Shown here piece after piece: positions 13,109-25,530 of a stretch of DNA of 64,000 bases (positions within the stretch are counted from its first letter, which is position 1; the number at the start of each line of letters is the position of its first letter). The translations under genes and the position numbers were made by a program. Below the pieces are notes generated by a model. The model saw only the letters and a list, made by a program, of their open reading frames with translations, did no database searches and was not told where the DNA came from. The stretch lies in the NCBI RefSeq assembly GCF_001677475.2, contig NZ_CP015229.1. The stretch is one strand, 5' to 3'. The stretch is from Escherichia coli. Lineage in GTDB: Bacteria; Pseudomonadota; Gammaproteobacteria; Enterobacterales; Enterobacteriaceae.

Positions 13109-14533
13109 TTACGGCTGATAATAACCCACGCCAAGGTCGTTTTCTTTGCGGGTACGGGCAATGACTGATTCCGGTGTTTCTGCCACGCGCAGACCCATTT
13201 CATCTTCAGTTCGCACCACTTTACCGCGCAGAGAGTTCGGGTAGACGTCGGTAATTTCTACATCGACGAATTTACCGATCATATCCGGTGTGCCCTCGAA
13301 GTTGACCACGCGGTTATTTTCAGTGCGACCGGAAAGCTCCATGATGCTCTTACGCGATGTACCTTCTACCAGAATACGCTGGGTGGTGCCGAGCATCCGG
13401 CGGCTCCATGCCATCGCTTGCTGATTAATACGTTCTTGTAGAATATACAGACGCTGCTTCTTCTCTTCTTCCGGAACATCATCAACCATGTCGGCGGCTG
13501 GTGTACCCGGACGTGCAGAGAAGATAAAGCTGTAGCTCATGTCGAAATTGACGTCGGCAATCAGCTTCATCGTTTTCTCGAAGTCTTCGGTGGTTTCGCC
13601 AGGGAAGCCGACGATGAAGTCAGAACTGATCTGAATATCCGGACGCGCCGCACGCAGTTTACGGATGATCGCTTTGTACTCCAGCGCCGTGTGGGTACGC
13701 CCCATCAGGTTCAGAATGCGATCGGAACCGCTCTGTACCGGCAGGTGCAGGAAACTCACTAGCTCCGGCGTGTCGCGGTACACTTCGATGATATCGTCGG
13801 TGAATTCGATCGGATGGCTGGTGGTAAAGCGAATACGATCGATCCCGTCGATCGCAGCAACCAGACGCAGCAGATCGGCAAACGATCCGGTGGTGCCGTC
13901 GTAGTTTTCACCACGCCAGGCGTTCACGTTCTGACCGAGCAGGTTGACTTCACGCACGCCCTGAGCCGCAAGCTGGGCGATCTCAAACAGAATATCGTCG
14001 GACGGACGGCTTACCTCTTCACCACGGGTGTAAGGCACTACGCAGTAGGTGCAATATTTATTGCAGCCTTCCATGATGGAGACAAACGCGGTCGGCCCTT
14101 CGGCACGTGGTTCCGGCAGACGGTCAAACTTCTCGATTTCCGGGAAGCTGATATCTACAACCGGGCTGCGGTCGCCGCGCACGGAGTTGATCATCTCCGG
14201 CAGACGGTGCAGCGTTTGCGGCCCAAAAATAATATCGACATAGTGGGCGCGCTGGCGAATGTGCTCGCCTTCTTGCGATGCCACGCAGCCGCCGACGCCG
14301 ATAATCAGGTCTGGATTCTTCTCTTTTAACAGTTTCCAGCGACCCAACTGATGGAAGACTTTTTCCTGAGCCTTCTCGCGGATTGAGCAGGTGTTCAGCA
14401 GCAGCACATCCGCTTCTTCCGCCACGTCGGTCAGTTGATAGCCGTGGGTGGCATCCAGCAGATCGGCCATCTTCGATGAATCGTACTCGTTCATCTGACA
14501 GCCCCAGGTTTTAATATGGAGTTTTTTGGTCAT
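13109..14533 (-). CDS. miaB: tRNA-i6A37 methylthiotransferase MiaB
   Basis: 474 aa, radical-SAM CxxxCxxC (CNKYCTYC) and N-terminal MTTase cysteines. Confidence 0.9.
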
Positions 14534-14678
14534 CGACTTGCTCTTGCGAAATAGTAGCCAGGAATGCAGGGCGCATAGTGTAATGCTTTGCTGCCGTTGT
14601 GACCAGTATGAGCGTTATCAGCCCTTGGGGGTAAAAATCCTGTAAACTTAAAGCATATTGCTAACAGGATGATTGACC

Positions 14679-15854
14679 ATGACAAATCAACCAACGGAAA
14701 TTGCCATTGTCGGCGGAGGAATGGTCGGCGGCGCACTGGCGCTGGGACTGGCTCAGCACGGATTTTCGGTAATGGTTATCGAACATGCCCAACCTGCACC
14801 GTTTGTCGCTGACAGCCAGCCGGACGTGCGGATCTCGGCGATTAGTGCGGCTTCGGTATCATTGCTTAAAGGGTTAGGGGTCTGGGATGCAGTACAGGCT
14901 ATGCGTTGCCATCCTTACCGCAGACTGGAAACGTGGGAGTGGGAAACGGCGCATGTGGTGTTTGACGCCGCTGAACTTAAGCTACCGTTGCTTGGCTACA
15001 TGGTGGAAAACACTGTCCTGCAACAGGCGCTGTGGCAGGCGCTGGAAGCGCATCCGAAAGTAACGTTACGTGTGCCAGGCTCGCTGATTGCGCTGCATCG
15101 CCATAATGATCTTCAGGAGCTGGAACTGAAGGGCGGTGAAACGATCCGCGCGAAGCTGGTGATTGGTGCCGACGGCGCAAATTCGCAGGTGCGGCAGATG
15201 GCGGGAATTGGCGTTCATGCCTGGCAGTATGCACAGTCGTGTATGTTGATTAGCGTACAGTGTGAGAACGATCCCGGCGACAGCACCTGGCAGCAATTTA
15301 CCCCGGATGGACCTCGTGCGTTTCTGCCGTTGTTTGATAACTGGGCATCGCTGGTGTGGTATGACTCTCCGGCACGCATTCGCCAGTTGCAGAATATGAA
15401 TATGGCGCAGTTACAGGCGGAAATCGCGAAGCATTTCCCGTCGCGTCTGGGTTACGTGACGCCACTCGCCGCGGGGGCGTTTCCGCTGACGCGCCGCCAT
15501 GCGTTGCAGTATGTGCAACCGGGGCTTGCGCTGGTGGGCGATGCGGCGCACACCATTCATCCGCTGGCGGGGCAGGGGGTGAATCTTGGTTATCGTGATG
15601 TCGATGCCCTGATTGACGTTCTGGTCAACGCTCGCAGCTATGGCGAAGCGTGGGCCAGTTATCCGATCCTCAAGCGTTACCAGATGCGGCGCATGGCGGA
15701 TAACTTCATTATGCAGAGCGGTATGGATCTGTTTTATGCCGGATTCAGCAATAATCTGCCGCCGCTGCGTTTTGTGCGTAATCTTGGTTTGATGGCGGCG
15801 GAGCGTGCTGGCGTGTTGAAACGTCAGGCACTGAAATATGCGTTAGGGTTGTAG
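14679..15854 (+). CDS. ubiF: Ubiquinone biosynthesis flavin monooxygenase UbiF
   Basis: FAD-binding IAIVGGGMVGG motif; start at MTNQPTEIA. Confidence 0.85.
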   Translation: MTNQPTEIAIVGGGMVGGALALGLAQHGFSVMVIEHAQPAPFVADSQPDVRISAISAASVSLLKGLGVWDAVQAMRCHPYRRLETWEWETAHVVFDAAELKLPLLGYMVENTVLQQALWQALEAHPKVTLRVPGSLIALHRHNDLQELELKGGETIRAKLVIGADGANSQVRQMAGIGVHAWQYAQSCMLISVQCENDPGDSTWQQFTPDGPRAFLPLFDNWASLVWYDSPARIRQLQNMNMAQLQAEIAKHFPSRLGYVTPLAAGAFPLTRRHALQYVQPGLALVGDAAHTIHPLAGQGVNLGYRDVDALIDVLVNARSYGEAWASYPILKRYQMRRMADNFIMQSGMDLFYAGFSNNLPPLRFVRNLGLMAAERAGVLKRQALKYALGL

Positions 15855-15970
15855 CCTTACAACATTGCCGGATACATGCCAACCGTAGGTCGGATAAGAC
15901 GCGTCAGCGTCGCATCCGACTTTGAAGGATAAGACGTGTCAACATCGCATTCGACATTGAATATACGCAG

Positions 15971-16003
15971 AAAAGCAAAAAGCTCGCCGAAGCGAGCTTT
16001 TTT
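15971..16003 (-). terminator. Rho-independent terminator of the metT tRNA operon
   Basis: GC hairpin AAAAAGCTCGC-CGAA-GCGAGCTTTTT immediately downstream (minus strand) of the last tRNA. Confidence 0.7.
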
Positions 16004-16007
16004 AATG

Positions 16008-16082
16008 TGGCTGGGGTACGAGGATTCGAACCTCGGAATGCCGGAATCAGAATCCGGTGCCTTACCGCTTGGCGATACCCCA
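16008..16082 (-). tRNA. glnX: tRNA-Gln (anticodon CUG)
   Basis: 75-nt match to E. coli tRNA-Gln; anticodon loop GGATTCTGATTCCGG on minus strand; CCA 3' end encoded. Confidence 0.9.
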
Positions 16083-16119
16083 ACTGGGTGCACTTACGAT
16101 GTAAGCGTCTTGAATAAAT

Positions 16120-16194
16120 TGGCTGGGGTACGAGGATTCGAACCTCGGAATGCCGGAATCAGAATCCGGTGCCTTACCGCTTGGCGATACCCCA
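16120..16194 (-). tRNA. glnV: tRNA-Gln (anticodon CUG)
   Basis: Identical copy of the 16008-16082 tRNA sequence. Confidence 0.9.
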
Positions 16195-16242
16195 ACAAAT
16201 TGGTTTGTGAATTTGCCGAACTTATTCGACACATTCAGAATT

Positions 16243-16319
16243 TGGTGGCTACGACGGGATTCGAACCTGTGACCCCATCATTATGAGTGATGTGCTCTAA
16301 CCAACTGAGCTACGTAGCC
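16243..16319 (-). tRNA. metU: tRNA-Met elongator (anticodon CAU)
   Basis: 77-nt cloverleaf GGCTACGTAGCTCAGTTGG...CTCATAA...; CCA encoded. Confidence 0.9.
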
Positions 16320-16334
16320 AGATTGTTTCTTCGA

Positions 16335-16409
16335 TGGCTGGGGTACCTGGATTCGAACCAGGGAATGCCGGTATCAAAAACCGGTGCCTTACCGCTTGGC
16401 GATACCCCA
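16335..16409 (-). tRNA. glnW: tRNA-Gln (anticodon UUG)
   Basis: 75-nt tRNA-Gln with anticodon loop CCGGTTTTTGATACCGG. Confidence 0.9.
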
Positions 16410-16443
16410 ATAACCGGGCGGTGAACCGCTTACTCGAAGAAGA

Positions 16444-16518
16444 TGGCTGGGGTACCTGGATTCGAACCAGGGAATGCCGGTATCAAAAACCGGTGCCTTA
16501 CCGCTTGGCGATACCCCA
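16444..16518 (-). tRNA. glnU: tRNA-Gln (anticodon UUG)
   Basis: Identical copy of the 16335-16409 tRNA. Confidence 0.9.
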
Positions 16519-16541
16519 TCCGTACAACGCTTTCTGGTGAA

Positions 16542-16626
16542 TGGTGCGGGAGGCGAGACTTGAACTCGCACACCTTGCGGCGCCAGAACCTAAATCTGGT
16601 GCGTCTACCAATTTCGCCACTCCCGC
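16542..16626 (-). tRNA. leuW: tRNA-Leu (anticodon UAG)
   Basis: 85-nt type II tRNA with long variable arm; anticodon loop AGATTTAGGTTCT. Confidence 0.9.
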
Positions 16627-16634
16627 AAAAAAGA

Positions 16635-16711
16635 TGGTGGCTACGACGGGATTCGAACCTGTGACCCCATCATTATGAGTGATGTGCTCTAACCAACTGA
16701 GCTACGTAGCC
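16635..16711 (-). tRNA. metT: tRNA-Met elongator (anticodon CAU)
   Basis: Identical to the 16243-16319 tRNA; first gene of the operon. Confidence 0.9.
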
Positions 16712-17090
16712 ATCTTTTTTTCGCGATACCTTATCGGCGTTGCGGGGCGCATTATGCGTATAGAGCCTTGCAGCGTCAACCTCTTTTTCAAGGAAAATTG
16801 CTCGAAAGTGACTGTTTGGTTAGGTTGCGAACAGCGTGGCGCTATATTCGTCAATTATTGTTTACTTTGTGTTTTTTCCCCACCCTACAGCCATTCTTTT
16901 GTCATACAGGATGAAATTCGGAATTCAACAATAGTGGTGGGAAATTAATCTATGAAGTACTGGCCTACAGTGATGAATTGTCAAACAGTGATGTGGCAAA
17001 CCCTGAACATTTCCTTACTGCATATCAGAATCAACAAGCAGCTCAATAACTAAAACAGCCCCGGATTTCTCCGGGGCAGTACCGCATTTC

Positions 17091-18755
17091 TTACTTATAC
17101 GCCGACTGGTGAACACCAACCGCACGACCAGACGGATCGTCCATTTTCTTGAACGCTTCATCCCACTCAATCGCTTTAGCGGAAGAACACGCGACGGAAG
17201 GACCGCCCGGTACGCACTCTGCGGCGCTCGGAAGCGGGAACAGTTCTTCAAAGATCTCCCGGTACAGATACGCTTCTTTGGACGTCGGCGTGTTGTACGG
17301 GAAGCGGAAGCGGGCAGTTTCCAGCTGTTGATCAGAAACCTGCTGCGCCGCCACTTCTTTCAGGGTATCGATCCAACTGTAACCGACGCCATCGGAGAAC
17401 TGCTCTTTCTGCCGCCAGGCCACGCTTGCAGGCAGATACGCTTCAAAACATTCACGCAGGATGTGTTTTTCCATTTTGCCGTTACCGCACATTTTATCCT
17501 GTGGGTTAATGCGCATCGCCACATCAAGGAATTTTTTGTCGAGGAACGGAACGCGTGCTTCCACGCCCCAGGCTGACATCGCTTTGTTGGCACGCGCGCA
17601 GTCATACATATGCAGGGCCAGCAGTTTACGCACCGTCTCTTCATGCAGTTCTTTGGCATTCGGTGCTTTGTGGAAGTAAAGATAACCGCCAAACACTTCA
17701 TCAGAACCTTCACCGGACAGCACCATTTTAATGCCCATCGCTTTGATCTTACGCGACATTAAATACATCGGTGTTGAAGCGCGAATAGTGGTCACATCAT
17801 AGGTTTCGATGTGGTAAATCACGTCGCGGATGGCGTCCAGACCTTCCTGTACAGTGAAGTGAATTTCATGATGCACAGTGCCCAGATGGTTTGCCACTTC
17901 CTGGGCTGCCTTCAGATCCGGTGAACCCGGCAGACCTACAGCAAAGGAGTGCAGCTGCGGCCACCAGGCTTCAGAGCGTTCCTGATCTTCCACGCGACGG
18001 GCGGCGTATTTCTTGGTGATAGCGGAAATGATTGAGGAATCCAGGCCACCAGATAGCAGCACACCGTAAGGCACATCAGACATCAGATGGCTTTTAACGG
18101 AATCTTCCAGTGCCTGACGCAGCTCGTTTTTGTCGGTCACGTTATCTTTCACTGCATCGTAGTCGAACCAGTCGCGGTGATAATAAGAACGGATTTCGCC
18201 GTCCTGACTCCACAAATAGCTCCCCGCCGGGAACTCTTTAATCGTGCGGCATACCGGCACCAGGGCTTTCATTTCTGAGGCCACATACAGCTGACCATGT
18301 TCGTCATAGCCCATATACAGTGGGATGATCCCCAGATGGTCGCGACCAATCAGATACGCATCTTTTTCGCTGTCGTACAGGGCAAAAGCGAACATGCCCT
18401 GCAAATCGTCCAGAAATTCCGGCCCTTTTTCCTGATACAGCGCGAGGATCACTTCACAGTCAGACCCGGTCTGGAACTGGTAACGATCGCCATATTCAGC
18501 GCGCAATGCCTGGTGGTTGTAGATTTCACCGTTTACTGCCAGCACGTGGGTTTTTTGTTGGTTGTAGAGAGGTTGCGCCCCCGCGTTAACGTCAACAATG
18601 GACAGACGTTCGTGGGCGAGAATGGCGTTATCGCTGGCATAAATACCGGACCAGTCCGGGCCACGATGACGCATCAGGCGTGACAGCTCGAGTGCTTTCT
18701 TGCGCAGCTCAACTGCGTCTGTTTTGATATCGAATACGCCAAAAATTGAACACAT
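17091..18755 (-). CDS. asnB: Asparagine synthetase B (glutamine-hydrolysing)
   Basis: Starts MCSIFGVFD (class II amidotransferase catalytic Cys2); 554 aa from internal start of the 581-aa ORF. Confidence 0.9.
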   Translation of the reverse strand: MCSIFGVFDIKTDAVELRKKALELSRLMRHRGPDWSGIYASDNAILAHERLSIVDVNAGAQPLYNQQKTHVLAVNGEIYNHQALRAEYGDRYQFQTGSDCEVILALYQEKGPEFLDDLQGMFAFALYDSEKDAYLIGRDHLGIIPLYMGYDEHGQLYVASEMKALVPVCRTIKEFPAGSYLWSQDGEIRSYYHRDWFDYDAVKDNVTDKNELRQALEDSVKSHLMSDVPYGVLLSGGLDSSIISAITKKYAARRVEDQERSEAWWPQLHSFAVGLPGSPDLKAAQEVANHLGTVHHEIHFTVQEGLDAIRDVIYHIETYDVTTIRASTPMYLMSRKIKAMGIKMVLSGEGSDEVFGGYLYFHKAPNAKELHEETVRKLLALHMYDCARANKAMSAWGVEARVPFLDKKFLDVAMRINPQDKMCGNGKMEKHILRECFEAYLPASVAWRQKEQFSDGVGYSWIDTLKEVAAQQVSDQQLETARFRFPYNTPTSKEAYLYREIFEELFPLPSAAECVPGGPSVACSSAKAIEWDEAFKKMDDPSGRAVGVHQSAYK

Positions 18756-19011
18756 AACCTTCTCCGTTAACCTGGTATTTGTTGCTTGTTGTGTTTGCTT
18801 GTTTAAAAAAATGCCGCAAAGCAGCACTGTGCGCAAGCGATTTGGCAGGGGGTAAATAAAAAACGTAATGGTGATTGCTGATTAATGAAAAAGGGTAGGG
18901 TGTGGAGGTGTATTTATTGATGAATCGATAATTTTTGGCGGGTTTTATTGAATGGGTGAATTTTAATGATGGGTAAAAATAAGAAACCACGCCCTGAGGC
19001 GTGGTTGCTAT

Positions 19012-19764
19012 TCAGATAACGTCGATTTCAGCGACTGACGGGTAAATCCAGCTTGGGCGGAACGGCATACTGTCGATATCGTCAAGCGACGAAACACCAG
19101 AGAGCACAAGAATCGTCTCCAGACCGGCCTGGAAGCCCGCCAGAATATCGGTACGCAAGTTATCGCCGACAATCACCGTTTCTTCCGAATGCGCCTGCAT
19201 TTTGTTTAATGCCGCGCGGATGATCCACGGACTCGGCTTTCCAACATAGAACGGTTTGCGCCCGGAGATTTTCTCGATCCCTGCACACAACGCGCCACAG
19301 GCGGGATAAAAACCGCGCCCGTGGGTGTCCGGGTTGGTGGCGATAAAGCGTGCACCGTTAGCGACGAAATAGGCTGCTTTATGCATCATGTCCCAGTTGT
19401 AGGAACGCGTTTCGCCAACAATCACAAAATCAGGGTTCACATCGGTAATAGTGAAACCGGCTTTGTACAGTTCATGAATCAGTGCGCCTTCGCCCACCAC
19501 ATACGCTTTCTTGCCTTCCTGGCGACGCAGGAAATCGGCGGTCGCCATCGCGGAGGTATAAAACACGCTATCCGGTACATCGACACCAGCAGTGGCAAAG
19601 CGGTTCGCCAGATCTTGCCCGGTCTGCGAAGGATAGTTGGTCAGCAACACCAGCGGCAGGCCTTTATCCATAATCCCGTGCAAAAATTCCGCTGCACCCG
19701 GTACGGCGACGTTATCGTGCATCAGCACGCCGTCGATATCGCAAATTACATTTTTAATGGTCAT
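19012..19764 (-). CDS. umpH: UMP phosphatase (HAD superfamily) UmpH/NagD
   Basis: 250 aa with HAD motif DIDGVL; synteny next to nagC. Confidence 0.85.
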   Translation of the reverse strand: MTIKNVICDIDGVLMHDNVAVPGAAEFLHGIMDKGLPLVLLTNYPSQTGQDLANRFATAGVDVPDSVFYTSAMATADFLRRQEGKKAYVVGEGALIHELYKAGFTITDVNPDFVIVGETRSYNWDMMHKAAYFVANGARFIATNPDTHGRGFYPACGALCAGIEKISGRKPFYVGKPSPWIIRAALNKMQAHSEETVIVGDNLRTDILAGFQAGLETILVLSGVSSLDDIDSMPFRPSWIYPSVAEIDVI

Positions 19765-19811
19765 GGACTACCCAGAATATTGACAACAATAAGCGCCACT
19801 ATAAAAGCATA

Positions 19812-21032
19812 TCAATTTTCCAGCAAATGCTGGAGCAAAATACCGTTGAGCATGGCGCGTTTTACCAGCGCAAAAGCGCCGATTGCCGAGCGGTGATCCA
19901 ACTCAGAACGTACCACCGGTAGATTAGTACGAAACGCCTTCAGCGCCTGGGTATTAATGCAGCTTTCAATAGCAGGGAGCAGCACTTTATCGGCTTCGGT
20001 GATTTCTCCAGCAATAACAATTTTTTGCGGATTAAATAAGTTGATAGCAATGGCGATGGTTTTACCCAGATGACGACCGACATATTCAATCACTTCCGAG
20101 GCCAGGCTATCGCCTTTGTTCGCGGCTTTGCAGATAGTTTTGATGGTGCAGTCGTCCAGTGGCACACGGCTCTGGTAGCCCTGCTTTAATAAATTCAACA
20201 CCCGTTGTTCAATGGCAGCGTTGGCAGCGATAGTTTCCAGGCAGCCGAAGTTGCCACAGTGGCAGCGTTCTCCCAGCGGTTCAACCTGAATATGACCAAT
20301 TTCACCGACGTTGCCGTTGCGGCCGATAAAAATGCGCCCGTTAGAGATGATTCCAGCCCCCGTTCCGCGATGCACGCGCACCAGAATGGAGTCTTCGCAA
20401 TCCTGACTTGCACCGAAGTAGTGCTCTGCCAGCGCCAGACTGCGGATATCGTGGCCGACAAAACAGGTCACTTTAAAACGCTCTTCCAATGCTTCTACCA
20501 GCCCCCAGTTTTCTACCTGAATATGCGGCATGTAATGAATTTTGCCGCTGTCCGGGTCAACAAGTCCTGGCAGGATCACGGAAATGGCGATCAGCTCGCG
20601 CAGCTTGCGCTGGTAGCTATCAATAAACTGAGCAATGGCGTTAAGCAGGGCATGTTCCAGCGTCTGCTGGGTACGTTCCGGCAGCGGGTAATGTTCTTCT
20701 GCCAGCACTTTGCTACTGAGATCAAACAAGGTGATGGTGGCGTCGTGACGACCAAGCCGTACGCCGATTGCGTGGAAATTGCGGGTTTCGGTGACGATGG
20801 AGATAGCGCGGCGGCCCCCGGTGGAGGCCTGCTGATCAACTTCTTTGATCAGCCCGCGTTCGATAAGCTGACGCGTAATTTTGGTTACGCTGGCGGGGGC
20901 AAGCTGACTTTGCTCGGCAATCTGAATCCGCGAGATTGGCCCATACTGGTCAATCAGGCGATAAACCGCCGCGCTGTTAAGCTGTTTTACGAGATCAACA
21001 TTACCTATCTGAGCTTGTCCGCCTGGTGTCAT
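19812..21032 (-). CDS. nagC: N-acetylglucosamine repressor NagC (ROK family)
   Basis: 406 aa, N-terminal HTH plus ROK sugar-kinase-like domain; synteny. Confidence 0.9.
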   Translation of the reverse strand: MTPGGQAQIGNVDLVKQLNSAAVYRLIDQYGPISRIQIAEQSQLAPASVTKITRQLIERGLIKEVDQQASTGGRRAISIVTETRNFHAIGVRLGRHDATITLFDLSSKVLAEEHYPLPERTQQTLEHALLNAIAQFIDSYQRKLRELIAISVILPGLVDPDSGKIHYMPHIQVENWGLVEALEERFKVTCFVGHDIRSLALAEHYFGASQDCEDSILVRVHRGTGAGIISNGRIFIGRNGNVGEIGHIQVEPLGERCHCGNFGCLETIAANAAIEQRVLNLLKQGYQSRVPLDDCTIKTICKAANKGDSLASEVIEYVGRHLGKTIAIAINLFNPQKIVIAGEITEADKVLLPAIESCINTQALKAFRTNLPVVRSELDHRSAIGAFALVKRAMLNGILLQHLLEN

Positions 21033-21040
21033 ACTTTCTC

Positions 21041-23049
<2,009 letters not shown>

Positions 23050-23381
23050 TATTCACCTCAATAAGTAAAATGTAAGCCGTTGGCGGATTAGGCATCTTTA
23101 AGCGTAACCTAGATTTGCGCAGACAGGCGTCAATCCGACCTGATTTTTTGAATGATAAAATAAGTTTTCTGGTTTAGCCAGTAAAAGGGAGTGATGATAA
23201 CGATATTTGGTGACAAAACTCACAAAAGACACGCGTTTAATTTGCGATACGAATTAAATTTTCACACACTCTGTAGCAGATGATCTAACAATCTGATTAC
23301 AGAACATCGGCAGTACAATTTGCAGCAAAATAAAAATACGGCTTTAAACGAGCCAAATAGGGTTCTCGTAGGGGGAATAAG
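23050..23381. promoter_or_regulatory. Divergent nagB / nagE promoter-operator region
   Basis: AT-rich intergenic region between divergently oriented nagB and nagE; individual NagC/CRP sites not delimited. Confidence 0.6.
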
Positions 23382-25328
23382 ATGAATATTTTAGGTTTTT
23401 TCCAGCGACTCGGTAGGGCGTTACAGCTCCCTATCGCGGTGCTGCCGGTGGCGGCGCTGTTGCTGCGATTCGGTCAGCCAGATTTACTTAACGTTGCGTT
23501 TATTGCCCAGGCGGGCGGTGCGATTTTTGATAACCTCGCATTAATCTTCGCCATCGGTGTGGCATCCAGCTGGTCGAAAGACAGCGCAGGTGCGGCGGCG
23601 CTGGCGGGTGCGGTAGGTTACTTTGTGTTAACCAAAGCGATGGTGACCATCAACCCAGAAATTAACATGGGTGTACTGGCGGGTATCATTACCGGTCTGG
23701 TTGGTGGCGCAGCTTATAACCGTTGGTCCGATATTAAACTGCCGGACTTCCTGAGTTTCTTCGGCGGCAAACGCTTTGTGCCGATTGCCACCGGCTTCTT
23801 CTGCCTGGTGCTGGCGGCCATTTTTGGTTACGTCTGGCCGCCGGTACAGCACGCTATCCATGCAGGCGGCGAGTGGATCGTTTCTGCGGGCGCGCTGGGT
23901 TCCGGTATCTTTGGTTTCATCAACCGTCTGCTTATCCCAACCGGTCTGCATCAGGTACTGAACACCATCGCCTGGTTCCAGATTGGTGAATTCACCAACG
24001 CGGCGGGTACGGTTTTCCACGGTGACATCAACCGCTTCTATGCCGGTGACGGCACCGCGGGGATGTTCATGTCCGGCTTCTTCCCGATCATGATGTTCGG
24101 TCTGCCGGGTGCGGCGCTGGCGATGTACTTTGCAGCACCGAAAGAGCGTCGTCCGATGGTTGGCGGTATGCTGCTTTCTGTTGCTGTTACTGCGTTCCTG
24201 ACCGGTGTGACTGAGCCGCTGGAATTCCTGTTCATGTTCCTTGCGCCGCTGCTGTACCTCCTGCACGCACTGCTGACCGGTATCAGCCTGTTTGTGGCAA
24301 CGCTGCTGGGTATCCACGCGGGCTTCTCCTTCTCTGCGGGGGCTATCGACTACGCGTTGATGTATAACCTGCCGGCCGCCAGCCAGAACGTCTGGATGCT
24401 GCTGGTGATGGGGGTTGTCTTCTTCGCTATCTACTTCGTGGTGTTCAGTTTGGTTATCCGCATGTTCAACCTGAAAACGCCGGGTCGTGAAGATAAAGAA
24501 GACGAGATCGTTACTGAAGAGGCTAACAGCAATACTGAAGAAGGTCTCAATCAACTGGCAACCAACTATATTGCTGCGGTTGGCGGTACTGACAACCTGA
24601 AAGCAATTGACGCCTGTATTACTCGTCTGCGCCTGACCGTGGTTGACTCGGCTCGCGTCAACGATGCGATGTGTAAACGGCTGGGTGCTTCTGGGGTAGT
24701 GAAACTGAACAAACAGACTATTCAGGTGATTGTTGGCGCGAAAGCGGAATCCATTGGCGATGCAATGAAGAAAGTTGTTGCCCGTGGTCCGGTAGCCGCT
24801 GCGTCAGCTGAAACTGCGCCTGCAACTGCCGCGCCTGTAGCAAAACCGCAGGCTGTACCAAACGCGGTGTCTATCGCGGAGCTGGTATCGCCGATTACCG
24901 GTGATGTTGTGGCACTGGATCAGGTTCCTGACGAAGCATTCGCCAGCAAAGCGGTGGGTGACGGTGTGGCGGTGAAACCGACAGATAAAATCGTCGTATC
25001 ACCAGCCGCAGGGACAATCGTGAAAATCTTCAATACCAACCACGCGTTCTGCCTGGAAACCGAAAAAGGCGCGGAGATCGTCGTCCATATGGGTATCGAC
25101 ACCGTAGCGCTGGAAGGTAAAGGCTTTAAACGTCTGGTGGAAGAGGGCGCGCAAGTAAGCGCAGGGCAACCGATTCTGGAAATGGATCTGGATTATCTGA
25201 ACGAAAACGCCCGCTCGATGATTAGCCCGGTGGTTTGCAGCAATATCGACGATTTCAGCGGCTTGATCATTAAAGCTCAGGGCCATGTCGTGGCGGGTCA
25301 AACGCCGCTGTATGAAATCAAAAAGTAA
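23382..25328 (+). CDS. nagE: PTS N-acetylglucosamine-specific EIICBA component
   Basis: 648 aa, N-terminal membrane EIIC, EIIB cysteine motif (ACITRLR), C-terminal EIIA domain. Confidence 0.9.
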   Translation: MNILGFFQRLGRALQLPIAVLPVAALLLRFGQPDLLNVAFIAQAGGAIFDNLALIFAIGVASSWSKDSAGAAALAGAVGYFVLTKAMVTINPEINMGVLAGIITGLVGGAAYNRWSDIKLPDFLSFFGGKRFVPIATGFFCLVLAAIFGYVWPPVQHAIHAGGEWIVSAGALGSGIFGFINRLLIPTGLHQVLNTIAWFQIGEFTNAAGTVFHGDINRFYAGDGTAGMFMSGFFPIMMFGLPGAALAMYFAAPKERRPMVGGMLLSVAVTAFLTGVTEPLEFLFMFLAPLLYLLHALLTGISLFVATLLGIHAGFSFSAGAIDYALMYNLPAASQNVWMLLVMGVVFFAIYFVVFSLVIRMFNLKTPGREDKEDEIVTEEANSNTEEGLNQLATNYIAAVGGTDNLKAIDACITRLRLTVVDSARVNDAMCKRLGASGVVKLNKQTIQVIVGAKAESIGDAMKKVVARGPVAAASAETAPATAAPVAKPQAVPNAVSIAELVSPITGDVVALDQVPDEAFASKAVGDGVAVKPTDKIVVSPAAGTIVKIFNTNHAFCLETEKGAEIVVHMGIDTVALEGKGFKRLVEEGAQVSAGQPILEMDLDYLNENARSMISPVVCSNIDDFSGLIIKAQGHVVAGQTPLYEIKK

Positions 25329-25530
25329 TCTGCTTTATGCCTGATGCGACGCTTGAGCGTCGCATCCAACAATGACAAGCGGTGGAGATCTTCTCTGCCG
25401 CTTTTTTTTTCATCAATCATCCCCATAATCTCAGTGAGATTTTCGATTTTCACTAACTAACAGTTGTCAGCCTGTCCCGCTTATAAGATCATACGCCGTT
25501 ATACGTTGTTTACGCTTTGAGGAATCCACG

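Noticed and set aside
15936-16720. Cluster of short near-identical direct repeats with ~35-60 bp spacers, plus ORFs at 15857-16093, 15936-16286, 16334-16540, 16389-16571 and 16443-16664
   Set aside because: The repeats are seven tRNA genes (Gln x4, Met x2, Leu) of the metT operon with full cloverleaf sequences and CCA ends, not a CRISPR array; the ORFs lie entirely within tRNA or spacer sequence
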